Source of the DNA: Podarcis melisellensis
Taxonomy: Eukaryota
Reading direction: 5' to 3' (one strand)
Length of the DNA: 64,000 bases
Assembly (NCBI GenBank): GCA_964234715.1
Contig: OZ174292.1
Every line of letters starts with the position of its first letter. Within the stretch, counting starts at the first letter, position 1. Positions 39,710 through 53,802 of the stretch are shown here, piece by piece. The position numbers and the translations under genes are program-made. The notes under the pieces were generated by a model. The model searched no databases, was not told the DNA's origin, and was given only the letters and a program-made list of their open reading frames with translations.

Positions 39710-41347
39710 NNNNNNNNNNNNNNNNNNNNNNNNNNNNNNNNNNNNNNNNNNNNNNNNNNNNNNNNNNNNNNNNNNNNNNNNNNNNNNNNNNNNNNNNNNN
39801 NNNNNNNNNNNNNNNNNNNNNNNNNNNNNNNNNNNNNNNNNNNNNNNNNNNNCACCATGGCTGTGAGGATGGAAGAAAGGGAAGAAGAAACAGTGGTACA
39901 GTTAGGCGACTTTTTTAAGGGGAAACTCTTGAGCATGTGCAGTTTCTCATTTTAAACTCACTTCAGCAATAGCACCATTTAGATGTCAGGAATAAAAAAC
40001 ATGCTAGCTTCTGCTGCCTCGATGCTAAGCACATTTACTTGAGAATAAACAATGTTTTGTTGGAGAAAGACATGCTTTTCAAAAAGAAAATAAAACGAGC
40101 GTCTGTAACATGTACTTATCCGGCCAGCTGCCTCCTGACTACAGAATGGTTTAAAAAATAAGGAAGTAATCTGCAGTGCCCAAGAGAGGGCCCTGGATCC
40201 CTTGGCACGTCCAGCCCAGCCCAGGTGGTTACACAAGACCTACTTTCCCCCATCACCTGTCATGGTATGGGAGGTCACTTGGGGGCCACCCAGGCTGTGG
40301 GGTTCTAGGCTTCAGCCCCAAGATCTAGTTCTTGTTGCACCCCTGGGGAGATGGGTGAATGTGACATTTCCACCGGCTTGTTCCTGTCACAAGCTGTGGT
40401 TTAGTGTGACATCCAAACACAGTCACTATCTCCCTTCAGCAATTATATTTTTGCCCCAGTTTTACCTGTTGTCACAAGCAGCAAAAAATGAAGCACACTT
40501 AGATGTTATAGGGGTGAGTGTGTGTGTGTGTAATTGTCAAAGGTTGTGAAGACATCGTACCAATGTCTTGCGACTTCCACTAGCTACCAATTTAGGCTAC
40601 AATTACAGTCTTTCTTTGACAGTTCTATTAATATAACCACTTCTATGCACCATCAGTTTCTTTTTTCATTTTCTATTGAAATACGATGTTTTAGTGGCAT
40701 CACCAACTTTTACTTTGACATGCTCTTCCTTCCTTTCATATGCTGAAGGCAAGAAATAAATGGAAAACTACTTCCAATAGTTTTACTTTCTATGTTATCT
40801 GAAGAAAAACAGATTCACACATCCCAAATGGACTGCATTAGGAGATACTGCTGCCAAGAATTAAGGACTGTTCAAAAGTAAAAAGTGATTATTATGGATG
40901 AAATTAGAAGCTGTAGTGGCAACCTTAACTTCCTGAATCAGCAAAAAGAACAAGAGAAAAAAAGGTTATTCAGAACAGGATATTCTTTTAATTTGCATTG
41001 ACATACCTCCCCCCTCCCCCAAAGCATACTTTAAGCTTAGGAGTAATTCTTTTAAACCCATTATTTCTAGTTCCAAATGCTTCTTTTGCTACACAGTGGT
41101 AAATTATTTCAGTTACTTTCAACTACTAGAATTAATAAGGTAAACTCCGGAAGTTATCGCTGTAGCAAAAAACCAGCTTAAATTTTAAATGCAAGGAAAA
41201 AGTCTTAAATGGCAACAAGCAATTTTCTAGGTTGCAATAACCAAAACCAGTACACAAATTCTGGAACAAGAAACATAAATTAACATAATTCAGCCCAATC
41301 GACCCGCTACAATTTTTTATTCAAGGGTCATCAGAATCAGTAAAGTA

Positions 41348-41727
41348 CAGTGGTACCTTGGGTTACATACGCTTCAGGTTACAGACTTCACTAACCCAGA
41401 AATAGTACCTCAGGTTAAGAACTTTGCTTCAGGATGAGAACAGAAATCGCACGGCGGCGGCGCGGCAGCAGTGGGAGGCCCCATTAGCTAAAGTGGTGCT
41501 TCAGGTTAAGAACAGTTTCAGGTTAAGAACGTACCTCTGGAACGAATTAAGTACCGTATTTTTTGCACCATAACACTCACTTTTTTCCTCCTAGAAAGTA
41601 AGGAGAAATGTCTGTGCGTGTTATGGAGGGAATGCCTACGGGTGGCATGCCTACGGATTTTCCTCCTCTAAAAACTATGTGCGTGTTATAGAGCGAAAAA
41701 TACGGTACATAACCAGAGGTACCACTG
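41348..41727 (+). mobile_element. MITE family A interrupted by a nested MITE
   Basis: TA|cagtggtacctt ... gaggtaccactg; colinear with 44028-44261 except for the insertion at 41554-41705. Confidence 0.92.
41554..41705 (+). mobile_element. CCGTATTTT-type MITE (family C) nested in family A
   Basis: TA|ccgtattttt ... aaaaatacgg|TA, with TA duplicated at 41552-41553 and 41706-41707; similar to 58745-59004. Confidence 0.9.
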
Positions 41728-44027
41728 AACTTGATTCTCAGGTGTGCCAACTTATTTAAAAGGTGTAATTTCTATTTTGAGACCCTCAGCATGGAAACAA
41801 ACTAACAGCTTCTACAACCACAATTACTATCTGACTTCTAGTTACCCTGATTTTCCAGCAAGTGCACCCTAGAAGGACTGCCGAAGATACAAGCCTGGTA
41901 TCAGCTGTCAGGGACCTTGCAAGAAGGGGCAGACCATTCATCCCTCTATATGAAACCGTGCATCTCATTCACCTGACCAAGAAAGGCAAGTTTCACAGCT
42001 GACACATACCAGTTACAAAGTTACTGTATTTGATCTTGGATTTATTGTTTGGTTACCTCTGCTGTAACAAATAATAATTTTCGACTTTTAAAATCTGCAG
42101 ATCAGGGAATAGGAAGTGCAGGGAGCTCAGCACCCGAATGATTTGGTGTTCCTAAATCTAATCCACTCCCATTAGCCTCTGCTGGATCAAGAGTCCTTCT
42201 ACAAACTGAAAGTCACCACTGGATGCAACCCAATGTTTCACCAAGCAGCTTCTAGACGACCTTCGCATCTCCCTCTTTTTAAAGACTGACTATTTATATC
42301 ACATGCAACTTAGCTTACGCTGTGTTAACACACACTAGCATGACAAAGCAATTCAATATAGTACACAAATCATTTTGAGGCACAAATCATTTTGAGGCTA
42401 AAGAGATATGGAATGTGTCAGAGGCCAAGTTCTCCTTTTTAAAAGGATATTAAGTTGTAAAGTGTCAATATCATCCGCCAAAATTACGTATGTGGACATA
42501 CAGTATTTTTTTTTTGAAGTGTAATTAAGGTACCTAGCACATTTCTCTAAAGTCTCAAGACATTCTAGTTTCATTCAGAAAAAGAGAGAAAGCAGGATTC
42601 AGAATGGAGTTAAGTGCATCTTTTGTTAGTAACCCACATTGCTCCCTGTGGTCTCATAAACAGGCTGCTGCTTTAAGTACTACAGCAGGCCTTCAATTTA
42701 AATTTATAGAAAAGCTGAACCAGAGAAGCCTGCACTCAAACAATTTTAATAACCTATTAAGTTGCGACTTCAGATTCGTTTTATAATCACGTTCCTCGGG
42801 GAGCAGTAGTATCTGGATAAAGATAGAATTTTTTTTCTTTTAAAGATAAATAGCATCATTAATCTGCAACATTTCTTTTCTATTATCTTTCAAAATGAGG
42901 AGTTATTTTGTTCTGATCTTGAGGTAATTAGCCTTCATTCAGCAGCCAGAAAATGACTGTGTTCAGANNNNNNNNNNNNNNNNNNNNNNNNNNNNNNNNN
43001 NNNNNNNNNNNNNNNNNNNNNNNNNNNNNNNNNNNNNNNNNNNNNNNNNNNNNNNNNNNNNNNNNNNNNNNNNNNNNNNNNNNNNNNNNNNNNNNNNNNN
43101 NNNNNNNNNNNNNNNNNNNNNNNGAGTCGAAGCCATTTGGGTAATTAAATAGTGGTATTTAAAGTTTTAATTTAGATTTCCTCTTCTGTTCATCAACAGT
43201 CAAATGAGATGTTCATATTCATAACTGTTTGTAATAAAAGGTTTCACAAAGCAAGAGGAATACCAATGTTATTAAAAATGAAGGACACAAATATATTTCA
43301 GCTAACAGAGAAACTTAGTTTTTACTGAAACCCTTTTTCTAAATTTAATGAGAAAAAACTTGCTAAACTTAGTTCCTTTCAAGATGAGGAACATAAAAAT
43401 ACTGGAAAGGAAATTTCTCCCAGAAGCTTAAACTAATTGACATCAGCTCAGTAAATTGAGAACCAAACTAGTGAACCTGGGAGCCAGCTCCTCCCTCAAA
43501 GTGATCCTTTGACTCTTCTCTTCCCAGTTTCAGGTTTTATGGTGTTTAGGCAAACCATCGTTAATGCAAAACAGTTTCACCGATAACCATGGTTTTAAAA
43601 CCCTCTTCAAAGCATAAATACAATCTCTGGTTTACTTCAATGCACATGCAATAAAAATGTATGATAAACACAGAAGTGGAGAAATTGTTCTGAAGTGTAG
43701 AAGAGGAAGGAGTGCATATTCACACTGTTTGACAGCTATAATTTGCAAGGAGCTGACCAATATATTCCTCAGTTAAAGACATTTCTTTCTATTTTGAAGC
43801 AAACGTGATTGAAAAATGCTAATAATATACATCAATCACTGTATGTGCTTTAACAGTTTACTGAAATATTTATTCCTCCACCTTGTAAGTCAGCCACCAA
43901 TAGGAGGCCTATAATAGGGTCAGCTAAGAGGACAGTAAGCATCTATTAACACTGCTTTAATGCTGAAACAGATATGTGGGAGTAGAAGTCTACTAATCAA
44001 TTTCAGCATTAAAGTTCTTTACTAATA

Positions 44028-44261
44028 CAGTGGCACCTCAGGTTACATACGCTTCAGGTTACATACACTTCAGGTTACAGACTCCGCTAACCCAGAAATA
44101 GTACCTCGGGTTAAGAACTTTGCTTCAGGATGAGAACAGAAATCGTGCTCCGGCAGCAGTGGGAGGCCCCATTAGCTAAAGTGGTGCTTCAGGTTAAGAA
44201 CAGTTTCAGGTTAAGAACGGACCTCCAGAACGAATTAAGTACGTAACCAGAGGTACCACTG
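44028..44261 (+). mobile_element. MITE family A
   Basis: TA|cagtggcacctc ... gaggtaccactg|TA. Confidence 0.92.
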
Positions 44262-47200
44262 TAAAGGCTTCCTATTGCATTTTACTGTAGAAGTATTCTA
44301 TAGTTTGCTACTGAATGGATCTCACATACACAAGCCCTGAAACACCATTTTATTTTGCTCATACTATTAAATTTAGTGATGCAATATGCTGCAGTTAAAA
44401 ACAAAATAAAATCAATGCCGCTAAAATATACATAAGTTCCACCGTATATCAGCTACAATGAATAGCTTGTTAATTTAGTTAAGACATTATAAGTCACCTA
44501 ACTTGATCCACTGGCTAAAGCATTAAAAAATTCTGTTATGTCACCAGCAGGCTACAAGACTTGCCTTTTAGGCTGCATACCTTAATTACAAACTGTACTG
44601 TGCTTTAGACTTAATATTTAGACATCCATCTAGTAGCACTGATTTTAATCATGGGTTTTATTCGGTCTTTATCCACTCTGTGGTCATGGTGCAAGCAACA
44701 GAGATAAGGTTCTAAGGTTGAATTTGGAACAGTTGTGTGTCTCATTCTACTTCAATTTATTTGTATAAAGTTACCCATGCTGGAACACATGACTCCATTT
44801 ACTTTATCTAACTGAAACTGCATTGGGCGACTGGCGAGTTAATTCAGAAATGGATGGAGCACGCATGCGCATTCAGTCGCCTAACGGTGGCCACATCACT
44901 CAGAAGATTGCAGCCATAAGAAGAGTTGTCAGTTGTCTGGGGAGGTTACTTCCGGGTTCGCATGGAGCCCAGTGTTGGAGAAGCTGTTTTCAATAGAGCC
45001 TACTGATGGAAGTGCACAGCTGTATTGAGGCAGCACCTCGTGTTGAAATTTTGCATCCCCTAACACTTTTGCACCCAGAGCAACCGCCCCGTGCCCTCCA
45101 AGCTACGCCACTGTGGAGCTGTGTTGCTAGCCTGTCTTCCCCAAGCCACTTGTTGCTGCTGGTTATCAAGTGAGGTAGGGGCGAGACAGAAAGGAGCTCA
45201 ACATGGTGCAGGGGCAGTATCGGGAGCAGATTGGCTTGGCTGCTGCTCCTACATCATGCTGAGCCCGATGCTTTGCCCCTCCCACTTGCAGTAACCAGTA
45301 ACCCTATGTGGTTTGGGAAGACAATGAGAGCAACACAGCTCAGCCAACCGCCACTGATTCCAGGGAAGGCGCCTGCCCAAGGAGTCACTAAAAATAATAT
45401 AAATGTCACTTCACAACAACAGTCCCACGAGGGAATGAGGAAGGAGCCTGAAGCTCGTCCTCATAGAATTATGTACCAATAAGGTTACTGGCACAGCCTA
45501 GCTGAATGAGATCGCTTGGCATCAAGGACTAAACCTTGTGACAGCATGTATAGCTCCTTTGTAGAAAAGGTCAAACAATATTCATGCTGTTAAGGACCAC
45601 CACTAGGGCAATATTTCAATACAGGTCTTTAATTAAAGTTGTTTCAGGCCACTGGTGGTGGCTTGGGGAGTATCCTCATTATCAGACTGAGGGTCTATGG
45701 GCTGGTACATATATGAAGTTTCCTGATCATGAGTAAGGTATTAGGAATGGGCTATGGGACTGCACACACTCTTCACTCATTCATGTGAATTTTCCACTAC
45801 CACTGGCAACCATTTCTTATGGGGAAGTAAGCCCAGTTCCGTGGCAGAGAACATGCTTTATAGGCTCATGTTTAATCCCGCAGCATCTCCACTGAAAAAT
45901 GTATTCTATAGGAAGTGATGGGTCCAAGTCCCTAGCAAGCTGCTTGAATAGCCTTTCCTTGCAGAGACGGTGTTCTTTTCAAGTCCTTGATTGGTTGCTC
46001 TTTTCTCTACTTTCTGAATATATACAGTAAAACTGCATCCCTGCGCAAAACGCAAGAGGACTACAAAAGTATGCATATTATATTAACAACCAATAGGGCA
46101 ACAAGATTACCAGCAACTTTTGTGAATGTGCTCCATAAGAGTACAGTGCTCCATAAGAGTACAGTCCTCCCAAGTACAGTGTGAAGTCAACAAGCCCCCA
46201 TCCTCCTATAGCTCAGGTGAGAGTCAAGATGTCACTTCTGATCTGGTGGTTGATTTTGGACAAACTCCAAATTCCTTCAAAGATCAACAAAAGGCTGCAC
46301 CCTACCTCAAAGTCTTCTGTGGCAGCCAGAGACTCAGGGCGGATGTAGAGACCATGGTAACATCCCAAAAATGCCTGAACCCCTGTTGCTAAGTATACAG
46401 TTCCCAGAACAGGAGGTCTGGAAGTTGGGGTGTTGTAATAAACACACTTATAAGTACTCTAAGTTGCACCTTCAGTTTAGTGTAATACATTTAGTACATA
46501 AAGATCTGAAGACGTCTTCTGAAAACTAGTAAATTGAATCCACGTTTGCTAGTTCTCCCAGTTTAATATCCAAGTCTCTCCAGGCTATCTCTATAATCCA
46601 AGTAATTGTGACATGCCCAGAAAGTGGGGAGCATTTTGACCATGACAAATGCAGAAGTCATAAGGCTCATCTAAGGGAGATGAAAAGAAGTAAAGGGCAT
46701 ATCAAGTAAGCTAACAGGAAAAGAATGTTAAAAGCCAACTTAAACTAGAGTCTTACACTGAAAAGCATATATAGGCAAGTCCCCTCCCAAAGGCTTAACA
46801 TTTTATGTATTATAACAAAAGGGTCAGAGAATAACATTAAAATAAATAATTGTGATGTGACAGTGTCCCTCTACAGAAGGAACTAAATAAAAGCATGGGT
46901 ATACAAAAGCTAGCAGCAGTCAAAAATTGTCACATGCAAGCACTCGGTTCACAAAAACCAGTCACTTGGCATATAATCAGGCTTGGCCAGGAACAATATT
47001 AAAACAAAGTTCCAGCAGTTAAGTTTGACCATTTAAAGTAAAAGTATAGACTAACGTATACCACAATTCAGCTGCCAAGTAAGTCTTCCCATGACTAAAT
47101 GGATTAATTCTTTAGTACATCACAATTACTGTTCTCCACACTGTTTCACTGAACATCTAAATAAGCATCCAAAGCTTATTTTGTGCAATGAAAAGATTTA

Positions 47201-48437
47201 AACCAAAGAATAATCCCAATGTTAAAAAGTTCACACTTTGTATGAAGTAAAAAAAATAATACGAAGAAAACCTATAGCAGAGATCAGAATAGAGAACAGA
47301 CATTTTAGGCAGATTTATGGGCGACATCTATCGACTAATGGATATCTTTGTCAAAGTAGTAGTGTCCAAATGTCTGTTTTATTTCTGGATGTCTTTCTCA
47401 GAACAACGTTTTTCTCCCTGGTGTTGGGGGCTTAGCCACAGCTTGCACGTTTTAAGCAATGACAAGCTCTGCCTGGGGAACAGCAAGACCTAAGGAGAAA
47501 AAGCATATTGCAAGTCATTGTGAGACTCCCCATTTCTGGTAGGAACTCAGGTTATTGTCACACTAGTTAACAGGTGGCTGTCTATTTTTGTAGTCTGATT
47601 CTGGTAATGGCCATCCCAGATGTCTGAAGAAAAAAGCTGCTTCCTTTCTAAAAGGCAGGGCAGCAGACTTATATAAGGCTTTAAGCATAACTTGCACCCA
47701 ACAAGCTCAGCAATGCCCTGAAATTTCTGAATACTAGCACAGAGTTGACTTGGATGATATAAAATGGCATCCACTTCTGCAAATAACTGATCACACCAGG
47801 TGTGTAGTCACATGAGCAGTGAATTACCCGAGCAACACACCAGCTATCAGTGATATTTTAGTTCATAAAGGGAAATGGGCAATTGCACATGAGTTAATTG
47901 TTCACTCATTACATGGCTGATAAGTAGACTATTTGTATGGGAAGCTATTTGTGGAAGTGGTGACGACGATATAGCTAGAATCAATTCAGTGTCCTTATCC
48001 TACGTTTTGGGGCATTTTCACGAATGAAGCTAATAATGCCTTTTAAGGTGGAAAATATTGCTTGTGAATATTGCAAATACAGAATACAAAGCTACAGAGA
48101 AAACTGTTTTGCACAAAATATGCCCTTTTGCCAGTGTTGGTTTTACACTGAAGGTATGGGAAACACAAAAAAATGAGCATTATTTACAAAAGCAAAGCAT
48201 ATTTACAGGAAATACCTAAAACTGATCATGTGTAGGCAGCTATACTAAGTACACAGTACACAGGAAATCAAAACGTAAGTTCTAAATATAGTAGAGAGTG
48301 TTATGTAAATTTCCTTAAACTTTAACAGATCTAAAAAACTAGGAGAGTATCTTACCAGCTTCATCCAGTACATCAACTGTGCACTTTCCTAGACTACTAC
48401 GATCTGACCTTGGTCATTCTGAATCAACTCTCAAGTG

Positions 48438-48574
48438 CAGCATTTCCTAAACTTGGATCTCCAACTGTTTTTTGTACTACAATTCCCATCATCCGTGACC
48501 ACTGGTTCTGCTAGCAAGGGATGATGGGAGTTGTAGTCCAAAAACAGTTGGAGACCCAAGTCTTGGAAACCCTG
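48438..48574. mobile_element. Palindromic hAT-like MITE
   Basis: Whole element folds back (cagcatttcctaaacttggatctccaactgttttt / aaaacagttggagacccaagtcttggaaaccctg); degenerate 8-bp flanks ctcaagtg / ctctaatg. Confidence 0.75.
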
Positions 48575-48619
48575 CTCTAATGCATTATGTGGGGCTGCTC
48601 TTTAAATTTCAAGCCAGAA

Positions 48620-49190
48620 ACTTCCACTGGCTCAGAATGTGACTGCCAAGAGACTTGACTAATTAGGTTTATTGGTTTCATTTGCTGCCAATTAATTCAT
48701 TTCCAGGTTTGCTTGCTTTGACAGTTATAAGCTCTAAATACTCTGCGACCAGCGTGTCTTGAGAATCACCTCATCACATATCAGCCTGTCCAAGACCATT
48801 TTTTCTACTTTTGAGTCCTTTCTCCATATCCTCTTGTTGTTAAAAGCTTGGTTAATTAACACAATAGGGGACATTTTCTGGCTGCACTTTAGAAATGGAT
48901 ACGCCTTCCTTGAGAGGTACACCTGGCCCATTAACTGCTCAGTTTCAGCAGAGCAGTAAAACCAACCAACCAACCAACCAACCAACCAACAAACAAACCA
49001 CCCTATTATTCCAGCAGGTGTTCTCAAAATATTGCTGTTTCCAAATTGACGTTTATTGTTTGGCCATGGCTTTTTAAATCCTATTGTAGACATTTTGACC
49101 ATTCTAGTGGTGTTTAGGTATTGTTTTATTATTGGTAAGCCTCACTTATTATATTTGTATGACTGGTTAACTTTTTGCTCTAAAACATCA
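48620..49190 (+). mobile_element. Degenerate L2 LINE fragment containing an (ACCA)n microsatellite
   Basis: KLPLAQNVTAKRL and YKALN-like remnants typical of the L2 ORF2 C-terminus. Confidence 0.5.
48960..49000. repeat. (AACC)n microsatellite
   Basis: Directly visible. Confidence 0.9.
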
Positions 49191-49318
49191 ATTTTGCCAC
49201 CACTTAGGTTTTTCTTCATTTCCACCTCCCCGTTTCACACAATATCCAAAATATTCTCCAGAGAAACTTAATGTAAGTAATTTATTATCTGCAACCCGGG
49301 CATCTTTCCACTTATATA

Positions 49319-49541
49319 TGGTGGAACCTCGAGGTGCGGACGTAATCCGTCCCGGAGGCACGTCTGCAACTCGAAGCGTTCACATCCAGAGGTTCTGCGT
49401 CTGCGCACGCACATGACGCAATTTAGAGCTTCTGCGCATGCAATGAAACCAGGAAGTAACCCGTTCCGGTACTTCATGGTTGCCGCAGGACACAAGACGA
49501 AAACACACAACCTGAAGTGGACGCAACGTGAGGCATGACTG
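49319..49541 (-). mobile_element. MITE family B (reverse orientation)
   Basis: Ends gaggcatgactg|TA, close to the reverse complement of cagtcatacctc; degenerate left TIR ggtggaacctc; body resembles the reverse complement of 62264-62476. Confidence 0.8.
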
Positions 49542-51131
49542 TATTTGAATATCAAACTGGGTAGGGGGAGACAAATATCATGGAGCAAGTTGGATGGGAA
49601 GGCTCTGGAATGCAACAGGCTTCTTTTAGCCTTTCAACACCTCAAAGGATTGTTGTCCACTGAGATGGATCATAGTCTATAACCCCTACTTGGACATACA
49701 CCTGTCTTAGTTCCTTTCCAGACCTGAAATAGCTGCTGGGTGTCTGAAGCTTCAAGAAGCTAATGCCTGCTACACATGTACTTAGCTGGAAGTATTCAAT
49801 ACATGGAGTAGTCAAGTAGCATTAAGTTAGCAGAGAACGGACACAAATCTTAATGACATCAACCAGGAGTTGATCACCCACATAAGGAAACATCCCAAAT
49901 CCTGTAAGATGGAGGTTTGTAGACACAATGGTCATACATCTGAAAGCCACTGAAGGAGCCCTGCACAGTCCAAACTGAAAGACTCTGTATTCAAAAGTGG
50001 CAGCAAAGTCTCTCAAAAATGTCAATATGAAAATATGTACCCAAAACTCTGGAGAGATGGGCAATATATTTTTTCTTAAGAATTATCAGAATTGTCACTA
50101 AAGGACAACGCAAGGAACTTATGAACAAGCAAGTATTCATATAGCCCATATAGCAGAACAGTTGGCTCTATTCCAATGAGGTATCAGTTAGACAATCCTC
50201 TTCTGCAGAAGTTGGGAGGATTCTGGTGTGCAAACCTGGAAGAACTGGAAGCTATATACTTGCCGAACAGAAATATATCGCATAGCCATGCTAAACAAAT
50301 TAGTAAGACCTAAATGGATCTATTTCCAAAAGGAAAGAAAACATGGAAGCAAACAGAGAAGGCAGGTACCAGAAGAGGAGGACTCAGAAATACAGTAAAG
50401 TGAGGGACTTTCTGTTTTTTAGGAGGTGCAGTATTCAGCAGCTGTGAGAAGGGTGGAAGCAAATGGGAAACAGCATCATGTCTGGGTCCAGTTAAGGAAG
50501 ACTAAGTTGGCCAAACCTTGGCAAAAACCAGTCTGAACAACAAACTTCAGAGCTCCTGAACCAAAAGCAAAGGATAAGGATTTGATTATGGCCTGTTAGA
50601 AAGTAATCCCCGGGGAAACTCAAGGGACATCAATTTGAAATGTAGGTCTGAAAGGTTTAGAGCTTTGGGACATATTCTTAAAACACATCCAACAGTGAAG
50701 CCAAGTACAATTAAGTACCAGATACAGAGGTCCGGGAAAACAAAGAAGCACTGTCCTGGGGTGCTGAAGACAGACAGGATGGATGGGCTAAAATCACTGA
50801 TGACTTGAAGAGAACTTCTTCCATGAGACTGCTTGAAAACATCATACGAGGTTATTTATACAAGGCAAGAACCATGAGCCCAGTTTTGGTTTTTATCAAT
50901 ACATTTCTCAAAAGACATCATGCTTGCCATCGGGAGTGGGAGATATTTGTAAAATAAGAATGGACACCAAGAAATATATATAGTAACACCAACAGAACCA
51001 ATGAATAACAACCACAGATTACCACTGAAATAAGAAACTCATAGAGAACAGAAGAAGGGAAAATAAGAATTCTACAGATTATGGGTTGTATCCAATGGTG
51101 GTATTGAGCAAGTGAAAGCACTTCTGCTTAT

Positions 51132-51441
51132 AGCTGGCAAGGAAATCAGTATAAGTATAGAAATCAGATAAGTATAGAACTTCGATGACTCTGGCAGGGT
51201 TGGAACAACTCTAACAGTGTTTGGCAAATATGTAAAGGAGATAAAACACGTAACTTTAGAAATTATCTGATACTTACCAATGAAGTGAAGGGAAGTCCGA
51301 GGCTCGGCAGAGCCCAAAATAACTGTGTACTATATATATGATTCTTGTAACAGCTATGTTATATGCAACTTATGTAATCTAGACTGTATATATGTATAAT
51401 CAATGGAAAACCAATAAAAATTTATATGGAAAGAAAAAAAA
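51132..51441 (+). mobile_element. Retrotransposed insertion (L1/Tx1-like 3' end) with 18-bp TSD
   Basis: gaaagcacttctgcttat at both 51114-51131 and 51442-51459; AATAAA at ~51413 followed by an A-rich tail. Confidence 0.85.
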
Positions 51442-53222
51442 GAAAGCACTTCTGCTTATGCAAAGCAAGCACCTGATTTTTGCTAATTTCCCTAGTCTAC
51501 TGCAGCCCTCTGCACAATATAACATATTTTTCTGGAGAATCCCCCAGCCTTCAAGAGACAGGCCAGGGGGCTGCAGTGTATAGGGAGAATTGTTGACAAT
51601 TAGGAATCAACTACTGGGAATTGGCCAGGGGTGTGTATGTGTCGCTGAGAAGTCCAAAATAGTGTACACCATCAGTGACAGAAGAGCAGGATACATTAAA
51701 AATAGAGAGAATGAATCTTGTTTAAACTTTAATGTTAGGTAAAATGAATGAGCTACTTATGTTCTAATACTACATCCTTATGTTTTAATATGATACCAGG
51801 CAACCTGGAGTTTCTGCCAACTGCCTCTGGTATGTTTGCAGCACCCTAAAGATTAAACAGTATAATGTAATAGATCCTATTATGGTGTATAATCTCCAAA
51901 TGACATTAAAGGGGATAAAAATACACAGTGTATTAATGAACTTTATATTTTCCATAACACCATTTATACTACATATAAGAAACCAGTTGCTGTGGATAAA
52001 AGTTTATGAAAATCCATTTCTCAAGGCTTTTCAAAGCAATGTATTCTGTTCATCCTTAGAATCAGTTACTTTGGTAATGTTGTGAGCCTTAGAATTGGAT
52101 TACTTTTTCCATTTTAAGGATTTACTCACATGGCATACTGTTATGAACATCAGGGAGTGGGGAATAGAAATTATATTTTGGATACTTTGAATACCAAATA
52201 CAGATGAATACATAGAATAATCTGACTAATGCCACTGGCGGGAGGAAAAAACTGAATGATTATCTCAGTGGGTAGATTTTAAGGTTCTGAAAGTATTACA
52301 TATACTTTCAAAGCTAATCACAAAGATTGCATTCACCATTAAAACAAGAAGCAGATTTGAAATGGTGAAAAGAGGGAAACTGCCTGCTAGAAGTTTCTTC
52401 AATTTAAAACATGGTTTTTTATTTCCCATAACAGAGAAGCACGCTAAATTTTTTTTATACTGTAGAACTCTGTTATATAGCAACAAGCAACCCCCCAGAA
52501 ATAAAAGAATACGAGACTTGTATAAAGGGCCTCTTTGCAATGGATGAGTGACCCTTCTCTCAGTCCCATACATATAATATGGAAACTAATGTAAATCTGT
52601 GCAATGAGAAAACTATACTATTGACTGCTGGGCAGTCAGGGCTTCTACTGCCAAAACCAAGAATACTTCCTGTAATACTGTATATATCTGAAGATTTGTC
52701 TTATATAAGAAATAAATTGGTAGGAAATCATTTTAGATGACAGGTTGAGATTTTTCTGTTGTGTTTTTTAAAAAACACAAAAGTTAAAAGTTTAAAATGT
52801 ATTTATTTGTTAAATGTTTGCTTTAAAAGAAAACCCTGTTAAAGCAGCAGAGATTCAAACACAGAGGATGATATTCAGTGTTAATCATACACACAGTAGA
52901 CAGACTGAAATCAATTAATTGAAATTAATTCTACCTCGGGTATGATAAACATGGATATCACAGTATTATTTCCAGCTTCCCAAAATTTCAAACCTTTTTG
53001 TTTTAAAGTATTTCAGTACAGCCCTACTAGATTTATGTGGGCACAGGAAGGGCAGGGGTGAGCAATGGATTGTCCCAATCTGCTATTCAATCTAGTGCAC
53101 ATATTTGGATGTCCACTTTCAGGTCCACTTAGTAACAGAGGCAACCCAGTCTTGTGGGTGTATGTAAAGGGCTACTTTAGTGCCAGAACTTCCAGGCATC
53201 AATATCCTATTTCCTGCCAATA

Positions 53223-53441
53223 CAGTGGTACCTCGAGTTACAAACGCCTCAGGTTACTAACCTGGAAGAATTACCTCGAGTTAAGAACTTTGCCCCAGGA
53301 TGAAAACGGAAATCGTGTGCCGGTGGCACAGCAGCAGCAGCAAGAGACCCCATTAGCGAAAGCATGCCTCTAGTTAAGAACAGTTTCAGGTTAAGAATGG
53401 ACCTCCGGAACAAATTAAGTTCGTAACTAGAGGTATCACTG
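53223..53441 (+). mobile_element. MITE family A-related
   Basis: TA|cagtggtacctc ... gaggtatcactg|TA; shares internal blocks gttaagaactttgc, ccccattagc and gttaagaacagtttcaggttaagaa with family A. Confidence 0.9.
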
Positions 53442-53802
53442 TATCTGGAATGTTTGGAAGCCTGGCATTTGCTATGTAGGTTCTCTGCTCAGCATGCTTT
53501 CTTGCTCACTGGGTCTTATCCAAGATTGTCATTCCACCTGCTCAATGGAACCTTCTTCTCTCCTTTCCTCTATCCTGCAAGTCCCTTGGGCCACACACCC
53601 TCAAAATCTGCTCCAGGTGGGCCCTCTGGAACAGATTCTGGCGGCATGCAGAAAGAAAACAGGAAGAGGAACCCCGACCTTGAAGGAATGGCTACAACCC
53701 ATTATGGGGTTTCCCTCCCATACTTTTCTTTTGTGCTATGTGGACTACATCAGCATTGTGTCTATAACAATGCCTACCTGTGAGAATAGGTTACATGGAG
53801 GT

